From positions 658 through 64,657 of IMG/VR virus record IMGVR_UViG_3300010163_000022: 64,000 nt of DNA; one strand, 5' to 3'. Each line of letters starts with the position of its first letter. The first letter of the stretch is position 1. Positions 48,035 through 56,490 of this stretch are shown in pieces. The notes beneath the pieces are model-generated. The model saw only the letters and a list, made by a program, of their open reading frames with translations. It did not search any database and was not told where the DNA came from. The stretch comes from a virus (Duplodnaviria > Caudoviricetes). The position numbers and the translations under genes are program-made.

Positions 48035-48592
48035 TTATTTTTGTTTCAATTTTAAACAAGTATAATTATTATTTTCATTTTTTTTAACTAATATATAATT
48101 ATTTAAAATTTTATTATAAATAGAACATTTTTTATAATTTCTAGAACATTTTAAACAATTTTGTTTCAAAAAACTAATATATTCATTCATATTTTCAAAA
48201 ATTCCTATAAAATCTGATTGATAGATATTTAATTTTACATAAGCATTATCTTTATCAATATAAACTCTTTCAACTCTAGGAAGTGCTATATCATCATCTA
48301 CCCAAACTTCTGCTTTTGTCAAACAATCAAACATAACTTTAAAATAATTATTCGGATCTTTACCTTTTCTATCAAAAAAATATATTAAATCTACAAAAAT
48401 TAATTTATTTTTATCAGGCATTTTCCAATTTTGTTTAATTATTTCTTGCTTTACATAAGGAATAAATTCTTTACAATAATCTATAGTTTCTTTAGCAGAA
48501 TAAGATTGAACATATTTTTTATTAGTTCCTGAAACTCTATAATTTAAATAATGATTATTTGATGGAGGTATAGGTGATACTAATTTAAGCAT
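48035..48592 (-). CDS. rusA: RusA-like Holliday junction resolvase
   Basis: PPSNNHY, DPNNYFKVMFDCLTKAEVWVDDD. Confidence 0.88.
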   Translation of the reverse strand: MLKLVSPIPPSNNHYLNYRVSGTNKKYVQSYSAKETIDYCKEFIPYVKQEIIKQNWKMPDKNKLIFVDLIYFFDRKGKDPNNYFKVMFDCLTKAEVWVDDDIALPRVERVYIDKDNAYVKLNIYQSDFIGIFENMNEYISFLKQNCLKCSRNYKKCSIYNKILNNYILVKKNENNNYTCLKLKQK

Positions 48593-49163
48593 TATATTTC
48601 TCCATAAATTCTATTACTCTTTTATAAATATTTTCTTCTTTTAAACTTTCGGCATTTAACCATAAATTTATATTATGTTCAGTATCTAATAATTTAAAAT
48701 CTAAACTATCTCTTTTAATTCTATCTTCAATCTTGTCTAAATTTTCCTTTCTTAAAGATAATCTATTTAATTGCTCTCTTTTTCCTATATAAAGATATAT
48801 TCCTAAAACTTGATTTTTATATTTTTCTTTTATTTCTAAAAATCTTCTTGGTTCAATTATTAAATATTTTGATTTACTTAAATTTATAAAATCATTTTTA
48901 TTAAATCCATATTGCCACATATATTTTAATGTTTCTATATAAAAACTTCTTGTAAAAATTAATATATCTTGATTTTTTAATTCATTAAAAAATTCATTAC
49001 TTATAAATTTATAATCAAAAAATTCATAACTTTCATCATCACGCTTTTGTCTTGTTGTATATTGATAAATTGGTTCAAAATTGCTATTTTCTTTAAGTTT
49101 ATTAAATAATGTTGATTTACCACTACCGCTTTTTCCAATAATACAAAAAATTTTATTTAACAT
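48585..49163 (-). CDS. Guanylate-kinase-like nucleotide kinase
   Basis: GKSGSGKST, YTTRQKRDDE, RIKRDSLDF. Confidence 0.85.
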   Translation of the reverse strand: MLNKIFCIIGKSGSGKSTLFNKLKENSNFEPIYQYTTRQKRDDESYEFFDYKFISNEFFNELKNQDILIFTRSFYIETLKYMWQYGFNKNDFINLSKSKYLIIEPRRFLEIKEKYKNQVLGIYLYIGKREQLNRLSLRKENLDKIEDRIKRDSLDFKLLDTEHNINLWLNAESLKEENIYKRVIEFMEKYNA

Positions 49164-49185
49164 TATTAATCCCTACTTTAATTTT

Positions 49186-49548
49186 TTAATAATTATTTTT
49201 TTGTCTATCATAATTAATTTGATGTTTCTTTTTATATCTTTCTAATATTTCATCTTTTGTCATTCCTAAAGCTCCTGCAACATTCATAACAAAATGAAGA
49301 ACATCAATAAATTCATCTTTAGCTAAATCATATTGCTTATCAAAATCATAATTTTCTTTATCATATTTCTTGGACCAAGGTTTAATATAAGGAATTTCTC
49401 TTCCACATTCATGCAATTCTTCAGTAGCAAAATATAATTGGCCTCTAATATAATTAGCTAAATCTTTTTTTGTCATATTTTCTAAATTATAACCTAAACT
49501 TTCTTGAAATTCCAAACATTCTTTTAAAATATACTCTAAACTATCCAT
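49186..49548 (-). CDS. All-alpha (dimeric dUTPase/MazG-like) dNTP pyrophosphatase
   Basis: EELHE..E, EFIDVLHF, YKKKHQINYDRQ. Confidence 0.85.
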   Translation of the reverse strand: MDSLEYILKECLEFQESLGYNLENMTKKDLANYIRGQLYFATEELHECGREIPYIKPWSKKYDKENYDFDKQYDLAKDEFIDVLHFVMNVAGALGMTKDEILERYKKKHQINYDRQKNNY

Positions 49549-49588
49549 AACTATAACTCCTTTAATTTTAAAATTTAAATTTAATATA

Positions 49589-49616
49589 TTTATATCTGTT
49601 ATATTTAAAATGTAAA
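49589..49616 (-). promoter_or_regulatory. Conserved phage promoter (TTTACA-16 bp-TATAAA)
   Basis: Minus: TTTACA ttttaaatataacaga TATAAA. Confidence 0.8.
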
Positions 49617-49630
49617 TTAAAATTATAAAA

Positions 49631-52054
49631 TTATTTATCTAATTTATTTTTATCTATAAAAACTTCTATTTTTTCAAAATTATAATTCCCTATTTTGTAA
49701 GTTGTATGATTATATAAACTACCTATTTTTCGTGGTATAAATTGGTCATTTTTTCTATATCCTACTATAACTATTTTTGTACCTCTTTCAAACCAAGAAA
49801 TATCTAATATTATTTTTTCTTTATCTTTTATTTCTACAATTTTTTCATCATAATAATTATATAAAGCTTTAGAATAATTAACAACAACTAATCCATATTG
49901 AGTAAGAAGATATATTAAATGTTTACTTTTATTTTTTTCTACTACTGTTCCACCAATTAAATCTACTTTTATTTTTGGTCTTTTAGAGCTATAATCTTTA
50001 ATTGGTTCTTCAGGTAAATTATAAAAATTAGATAATTCAAAATAATTTTTTATAGGCATTAAATCAAATTCGTGTTTATCTGAGTAAAATAATAATGTTT
50101 CAATTTCCCACGACTCTTTTGTTCCTTTACAATTTTCTTGCCAAAATTTATTTTTTATTATTTTGTTATATAAATCTATAGCCTCTTGAGAATTTATATA
50201 TTGTAATAATTTTACTATACTTTTCTTGTAAAATCTGTCAAATTTTGTACTGTCTATAATTAATTTATTATTTTTAAAACTATAATCTACATCTTTAGAA
50301 TATTTTTCAATAAATTCTTTTTCTAATTCTTCATTTATTTCAATTTTATTTCTGCCAAAAACTTTATTTCTAAAATTATATATTTTTAATTCTTCTTCAA
50401 ATTTTTCTTTATCTATATAATTTATAATAATAGGTAGTTGAACCATTGTTATTTTTTTCTTATTTTCTACTGCATAATTTACAAAGTCTATCATTATTTT
50501 TTTTCTATCTTTATTAAAACAATCAAAACATCCAGCTTTAATTAAACTTATAATTTGTTTATTAGATATTTTTACTTTATTTAAAAAATCATTAAAACCA
50601 CTAAAAGGACGTAATTGCAATATTAAATTTATTGCATCATTACTTAAACCAATAATAGGCTTTAATCCAAATAAAATTTGATTAGTTTCTTCTAAAGGAG
50701 TAAATCCTAATTCAGATATATTTATATCAGGATTTTTTATAACCCCTTTCATATCTCCAACTGCTTTAGCTAATGCTCCATAATTAGTTCCATTAATATT
50801 ATCTTCAGATAAGCCAGAATTAACTGCTAAACATGCAGTTTGCCAATAAATTGTTCCATATCTATAACAAATATTCATTTCAATCATTAAAATTAATGTA
50901 TACCCAGTAGTATGTGGATTAGAAAATGAATAACTAAAAGAAGGTTTAAAACAATTATCCCATACATAGTCTAAAAATATTTTTCTAGCTCCTAAACTTA
51001 AGCCTTTTTTAATATATTTATTATATTCTACTTCTAATTCTTTCTTATTTTGCTTAGCTATTAATTTTCGATATTTATTTGCTTCTGTTAAATTATAATT
51101 AGATATATTTTTATCCATTATTACTTTCATTATTAATTCTTGAGAGTCACAAATACCATAATTTTTTAATAAAAGATTTTTTAAAACATCTATCTCTTTT
51201 TGATTTAATCCATAATCTTTCATTTCTTTAAACCATAAATCTATATTTTTTTTATATCTAATAAATTTATCTAAGGGCTGTTCTCCTTCACAATTTAATC
51301 TCATTAAGTTATTTCCAATACATAATTCATCAAAAGTTCTTGCATTAAGTTTTTTCAAAGCTTGTTGTCCTATTGGAGTAGTATATTGAAAAGCATCCAA
51401 TACTTTTCCTTCATATAACAAATCAAACATCTCTTGAGCATTCATCTCTAAAATATCAGGATGAAAATAATTATTATAAGTTTTTCTTAAAGACTCTTTC
51501 CATTGTATTTTATTATATTTTAATAATAAATTTAAAGCTTCTTTAATTCTCTGTAATGCATTTATAGATAAAAAATCTAATTTTAACCCACCCATATATT
51601 CAGTATCTACAGCATCAAATTGAGTTATAGCTAAATTAGAAGTAGTAGTCATCATTGCATTTTGTTTAATATAACTATTATTAAAAATAATCACTGCTGA
51701 AGCATGCTGCCCACGCCCAGATACTAATCCTTCAATAGCTAACATAGTTTCTTTTAAATTATCATATTTTTCTACAATATTAATAAAATCTTTCGCTGGC
51801 TTTTTACCTTTTTCTTCATTTCCATAAAAACATTCTTTTAAAGTCCATATTCCACCTTTTTCTACTGGAATTAATTTAGATAAATTTTGAGCAATATCAG
51901 TATCTATTTTTAATCCTCTACAAGAAGTTAATACTGCTGATCTTGCACCTTCTGTAGTAAAAGTTCCAACATTAAGAACATTATTTTTTCCATATTTTTG
52001 TTTTACTAATTCTAATATTTCTAATCTTTTACTTCCTTCTGTGTCAATATCAAT
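49631..52054 (-). CDS. dnaE: DNA polymerase III alpha subunit, exon 2
   Basis: Begins IDIDTEG, completing the PDIDID motif; HASAVI, KLDFLS, SFSNPH..Y, NPDINIS, FGLKPI.GL. Confidence 0.93.
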   Translation of the reverse strand: MDIDTEGSKRLEILELVKQKYGKNNVLNVGTFTTEGARSAVLTSCRGLKIDTDIAQNLSKLIPVEKGGIWTLKECFYGNEEKGKKPAKDFINIVEKYDNLKETMLAIEGLVSGRGQHASAVIIFNNSYIKQNAMMTTTSNLAITQFDAVDTEYMGGLKLDFLSINALQRIKEALNLLLKYNKIQWKESLRKTYNNYFHPDILEMNAQEMFDLLYEGKVLDAFQYTTPIGQQALKKLNARTFDELCIGNNLMRLNCEGEQPLDKFIRYKKNIDLWFKEMKDYGLNQKEIDVLKNLLLKNYGICDSQELIMKVIMDKNISNYNLTEANKYRKLIAKQNKKELEVEYNKYIKKGLSLGARKIFLDYVWDNCFKPSFSYSFSNPHTTGYTLILMIEMNICYRYGTIYWQTACLAVNSGLSEDNINGTNYGALAKAVGDMKGVIKNPDINISELGFTPLEETNQILFGLKPIIGLSNDAINLILQLRPFSGFNDFLNKVKISNKQIISLIKAGCFDCFNKDRKKIMIDFVNYAVENKKKITMVQLPIIINYIDKEKFEEELKIYNFRNKVFGRNKIEINEELEKEFIEKYSKDVDYSFKNNKLIIDSTKFDRFYKKSIVKLLQYINSQEAIDLYNKIIKNKFWQENCKGTKESWEIETLLFYSDKHEFDLMPIKNYFELSNFYNLPEEPIKDYSSKRPKIKVDLIGGTVVEKNKSKHLIYLLTQYGLVVVNYSKALYNYYDEKIVEIKDKEKIILDISWFERGTKIVIVGYRKNDQFIPRKIGSLYNHTTYKIGNYNFEKIEVFIDKNKLDK

Positions 52055-53066
52055 CACACTACTTAATTTTTAAAAATAGTGCGGACTATATCATAGTCTT
52101 CAGCTTAATCTGTTCAGACTCCATGCGCTTCGAATATAGCCATACAAAACTATATCCTATCTACTCAGCTAATTATTTAATTTATAATTGCTTTTCGTTA
52201 GTCTCTTCACATTTATTTAAATCATCTTTTAATATCCAATAAATTCCATTAAGTTTTTCAAATCCAGAAATTTTATATTGTTTTGGCTTTTTATATCCTA
52301 TATTTGCAGTTTTATAGTTATTAATAAGATATTGAATTAATTCAGATTTCGTATCAAATTCTATAAAAGAGCTATCTCTTAAATATAAAATACAAGCTTT
52401 AGCTTTTGGATTATTTTTTCCTTTTAATAATCCATTCTTCTTTTTTAAATCAGACAATTTTTTCTTTTTTTCTTCAGACCATTTATTATTATAATTAGGA
52501 TTATTTTTACCTTTATATCTTCCTTTCATTTTTAAAGATAAATTTTGTTTTTGAATATCTGTCCAATAATTTTGATAATTAGGATTATTTTTTCCATAAT
52601 TACAAAATTCTTTACAACAATAATTTTCCCCTAATTTATAATAATATTGCTGATAATAAACTTCTTTTTTTCTTACTTCATTAATATTATCTGACTCAAA
52701 TAAAATTATAACTTCAACATTTTCTATTCCTATTTTTGATACTTCTTCTTTCCACAAATTTGAACGAATTTTAAAATCAAACTCTCTTTTATTTTTAGAA
52801 TATTTACCACCAATATAAAAAATTTTATTATTTATTTTATTTTTATGAGCATATACATAAAATTTTTTAATTTTTATTCCTCCTAAGGAATTAAAAGATA
52901 ATTTAAAATTTAGCACAGCGATTGTCTTTTTATTTTAAAGATTTTCCCTGTTAGCAAAAGCATTAACTAATCATTTCCTATTAGAAACTAACGCTGCTTT
53001 CACACCGATTGTTAATCGTTCACATGGTTATTCGATAATCATTTCTGATTAAAGGGACGTTATTTC
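52055..53066 (-). mobile_element. Group I self-splicing intron (1012 nt) in dnaE
   Basis: Exon ends ...CCGGAU with IGS GUCC (U-G at the splice site); R-like GAAGAGACUA, S-like GAUAUAGUCC (P7), P3 GCUAA/UUAGC, P9 GCACUA/UAGUGU; terminal G; joining restores ERPTMPD|IDID. Confidence 0.92.
52182..52871 (-). CDS. Intron-encoded GIY-YIG homing endonuclease with NUMOD3 repeats
   Basis: FYVY..FYIG..R..E; three GKNNP repeats; 3' end overlaps the intron R element; likely ATT start at 52871 (the track's GTG 52916 lies in the intron core). Confidence 0.85.
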   Translation of the reverse strand: MKKFYVYAHKNKINNKIFYIGGKYSKNKREFDFKIRSNLWKEEVSKIGIENVEVIILFESDNINEVRKKEVYYQQYYYKLGENYCCKEFCNYGKNNPNYQNYWTDIQKQNLSLKMKGRYKGKNNPNYNNKWSEEKKKKLSDLKKKNGLLKGKNNPKAKACILYLRDSSFIEFDTKSELIQYLINNYKTANIGYKKPKQYKISGFEKLNGIYWILKDDLNKCEETNEKQL

Positions 53067-54407
53067 ATCCGGCATTGTAGGACGTTCTTCAGATAAAAAT
53101 CTCCAATAAGGTAAATCATATTTCAAAGGATTAACTTGAACTATATCTAAAAGATAATTAGTATAATAACAAGCTGCTGAACCTCTACTAGGACCTACTA
53201 AAGAAACTTTCCACATTAAATCTATAATCTCTTTTGTTAATACAAAATAAGATGATAAATTTTGATTTAATTTTTCAGAAATATTATAAATAGTTTTTAA
53301 CTCTAAATTAATTCTTGATAAATTTTCATCATTTAATTCTTCATTTTTTTCAATCATTCCATTAGCTATTAAATGTAAATAATATTTATTAATTTTTTCT
53401 TCACTATTAGCAAATATTTTTAAATATTTATATTTCTCATAATATGGACTAAATAAATTATTTAATTTAAATTCTGGTATATAAGCATTAGGAATTTGTA
53501 TATTTTGTTTAAAATCTATATCTTCTAATTTATTTTTAATTTCTAAAGTATTATTACATAATTCATCTAATAATTTACTATCAAAATAATTATTTAATTC
53601 TTTTTTACTCATAATATAAGTTGTTTTATAAAATTCTTGTACTTCTCTTTCTCCTTCGTCTGATTTTAAATAAATTTCATGAATTTTAGCTTGACTTTTA
53701 TTAAGATAATGAGCATCAGTTGTTACTATACATTTAATATTAAATTTTTTACTTATATTATAAAGTAATTTATTAGCTTTATCTTGATTACTTCCTTTAT
53801 CATTAGGTTGTAATTCTATATAAAAATTATTTTCAAATAAACTTTTACACCATTTTAAAAATTCTTCAGCTTCTTCATTTTTATTTTCTAATAATAAAGT
53901 AGGTAATTCTCCTCCTAAACAAGCAGTTGAAGCAATTAAATCTCCTTTATATTCTTTAGCTATTTTTTCTAAATTATGCTTATATGTTGGAACTCTTTGC
54001 ATACCTTTATAGTAAAAATTATTTTCCCAAGCTAATGAACTTAATTTTTTTAAAGCTTCATATCCTCTACTGTTTTTTGCTACTAATATAAAATGATAAA
54101 AAAGTATTTTTTCATTTAATTCTTTGAGTTTATTTACTTTATTTATATCTACTAAATATATCTCATTACCAAATCCTAATTTAAAATCTTTATCTATTAT
54201 ACCTGCTTCTTGTTGTTTTTTAAGATAATTTTGAGCTTTTATATGAGAGCTTAAACATTCGTGTTCAGTTAATATTAATCCATTTAGTCCTACTTCATAA
54301 GAATAGTTTATTAAATCTTCTATTTTATTAATTGAGTCTCGTAATCTAAAATTTGAAAAACAGCTATGACAATGAACTTCAAACCATGTATTCATTTTAT
54401 TTATCAT
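53067..54407 (-). CDS. dnaE: DNA polymerase III alpha subunit, exon 1 (PHP domain)
   Basis: HCHS, LTEHE, GNEIY, HFILVAKN, TTDAHY, GPSRGSA, RFLSEER; spliced product 1254 aa. Confidence 0.93.
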
Positions 54408-54440
54408 AATTATTATCCTTTCTTATTTACTAAATAAAAC

Positions 54441-54477
54441 AAATTATGACAAAATATATTATATTTTATCATAATTT
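54441..54477 (-). terminator. Long hairpin between the ThyA-like gene and dnaE
   Basis: Minus AAATTATGATAAAATAT-AAT-ATATTTTGTCATAATTT then GTTTTATTT. Confidence 0.55.
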
Positions 54478-54513
54478 TATCAAAAAGATATTATTTTATT
54501 AAATAAAGTATTT

Positions 54514-54963
54514 TTATTTTAATAAATATAAATGAGGCATTGAAACAAATACATTTAATTCTTTATTTTGCTTAATAAAATTTTTATTTAAATACCATTT
54601 TAAAAAAGTTATATCATCTTTTAAAGTAAAAATATTAGCAGATCTTTGGAATACATTCATTATTACTTTTCCTTTAAAAATTGAAAATTGAATACAACTA
54701 ATACATTCATCATTTGAAACAATAATCTGTCTAGGTGATGTAATTATTCCTATTTCAAATTTATATAAGATATGGTCAAGTTCAGTTTTTACTCTTTTAT
54801 AGTATAATTTATCTGTTTTAGGGAAAATAACTTCATAGACATTAGGATTAATTAATAAAAAACTTTCATAATTAATAATTGAATTATCTTGGTATTCTAT
54901 TTTTAAATCTTTATTATCAATAATAAACTTTGGTTCATAAATTATATTTTCGAAAATTTTCAT
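54514..54963 (-). CDS. Minimal ThyA-fold protein, candidate dCMP hydroxymethylase-like enzyme
   Basis: PRQII..ECISCIQFSIFKGKVIMNVFQRSANIFTLKDDI..PHLY aligns to ThyA PCH..QF..GKL..YQRSxD..FNI..HLY. Confidence 0.75.
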   Translation of the reverse strand: MKIFENIIYEPKFIIDNKDLKIEYQDNSIINYESFLLINPNVYEVIFPKTDKLYYKRVKTELDHILYKFEIGIITSPRQIIVSNDECISCIQFSIFKGKVIMNVFQRSANIFTLKDDITFLKWYLNKNFIKQNKELNVFVSMPHLYLLK

Positions 54964-54983
54964 TTTATAAACTCCTATTAAAT

Positions 54984-55961
54984 TTATTTATTATTTATTT
55001 CAAATCCTCGTTCATTCCAAAATTTTTTAGAACTTAATTTTAATTCTTTTAATAATTTTATATAAATATTTCTAACATTTTCAAAAACTTTTAAATGAGC
55101 TGAACCTGTACCTGCTACTTCATGCTTTAATCTTTCTCCATAAATAAAACTATCTGGATGCCATTCAAATTTATCATTTTTAGAATATGGAGCATATAAT
55201 CTTGTAGAATGTTCAGTTTGTGATGATTGTATATAAAAATAATCTGGAGCATCAAAATCTATTAAATTAAAGCAAGCTATAGGATAAACACTACACAATT
55301 CAACATACATTTTTAAAGCTAATACTACATCACTAGAAGGTTGAATTTGCTCATCTTTTCTTTGATTTAAAAATCCTAATAAATCTTTTAAATTACAACC
55401 TACATAATAAGAAGTATCATGGCACTTTGGTAAGCATAACCTTGCATCCATCATAGATATTTTATCACTATCAACCATATCTGCATATAATTGTATACAA
55501 TCTTTCATTAATTTTATATATCTATCTTTAAATTCTGGAGAATTAGAAATTGCTTCAGGCATTGTAATATTATGGCATCTTTGGTCTCTATCTCCTGTAC
55601 AAGATGATGAAAAACTAAAAGTTCTATGACGAAGTAAATGAGTAACATCTTGAATATTAATTCCATCAATTAAATAAACAAATCTTATTAATTCTAAAGC
55701 TGTAGGTAAAGTCTTTTTATTAAATATATTATACATTGCTTCTAATCTTTCGCTAAGCAAAAACTTTTTTTCACTAGGAAAATCTGTCCAAGTCATTTCT
55801 ACAAATTCTGGCATAAATTCAAGTAAATCATTAAATTTAGTATAATTAACTAAAGAAACTTTAATATTAAGCAAATCATTAACTACTTTTCCTGAAGGTT
55901 CTTGATTTCGTCTATTTGTCATAGGTAATGGTATAGGTTCTAAATTCATATTTTTAGGCAT
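54984..55961 (-). CDS. ThyX-fold flavoprotein with a variant motif
   Basis: TALE..F.IDGI..THLLRHRTFSFSSSCTGDR; DARLCLP; NLKDLLGFLNQR. Confidence 0.8.
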   Translation of the reverse strand: MPKNMNLEPIPLPMTNRRNQEPSGKVVNDLLNIKVSLVNYTKFNDLLEFMPEFVEMTWTDFPSEKKFLLSERLEAMYNIFNKKTLPTALELIRFVYLIDGINIQDVTHLLRHRTFSFSSSCTGDRDQRCHNITMPEAISNSPEFKDRYIKLMKDCIQLYADMVDSDKISMMDARLCLPKCHDTSYYVGCNLKDLLGFLNQRKDEQIQPSSDVVLALKMYVELCSVYPIACFNLIDFDAPDYFYIQSSQTEHSTRLYAPYSKNDKFEWHPDSFIYGERLKHEVAGTGSAHLKVFENVRNIYIKLLKELKLSSKKFWNERGFEINNK

Positions 55962-55980
55962 TTCAAATCTTCCTTTCTTA

Positions 55981-56427
55981 TTAAATTAATTTTTTATTTT
56001 TTAATTCTAAAACTATCTCATTTATAGGTTTAATTGTAGAGTCAATTTTTATCTTATTTTTGTATAAAGAATTATTAAAACACTTTTCATAAATTTTTTT
56101 ATGATAATCAAAATCTATTATTTTATGATTTGTTTTTCTACATCTTCTAATTAATTCTTTAGTTTGACAATCTAAATAAATAACTAAAATTTTATTTCCT
56201 AATACTTTGCTTAAAATTTTTTCTAATTTTTTATATTTTTTCTTTAAACTTTTTGGTCTTTTAAAAATCTCGCAATAAGCTCTAAATCCAATTGTTGCTC
56301 TATCAATTGTAATATGTTTATAATTACATTGTTTATTTATCTCTTGTATCAAAGTTGTTTTTCCACTTCTATCGACGCCGCATAAAATTATTATTTTAGG
56401 ATTTACTTCTAATTTTATATTAATCAC
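55981..56427 (-). CDS. dNMP kinase (thymidylate-kinase-like P-loop)
   Basis: GVDRSGKTT, TIDR, VIYLDC, IKIDST; start probably non-canonical (ATA 56418). Confidence 0.8.
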   Translation of the reverse strand: MINIKLEVNPKIIILCGVDRSGKTTLIQEINKQCNYKHITIDRATIGFRAYCEIFKRPKSLKKKYKKLEKILSKVLGNKILVIYLDCQTKELIRRCRKTNHKIIDFDYHKKIYEKCFNNSLYKNKIKIDSTIKPINEIVLELKNKKLI

Positions 56428-56452
56428 CTCCTTATTTATTTATATAATTTTA

Positions 56453-56480
56453 TTTATATCTGTTTCATTTTAAGTGTAAA
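56453..56480 (-). promoter_or_regulatory. Conserved phage promoter (TTTACA-16 bp-TATAAA)
   Basis: Minus: TTTACA cttaaaatgaaacaga TATAAA. Confidence 0.8.
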
Positions 56481-56490
56481 TTAAAATTAT

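Noticed and set aside
52055-53066. Intein or naturally split dnaE
   Set aside because: The insert has stops in the dnaE frame, no Cys/Ser..His-Asn intein ends, and clear group I RNA elements
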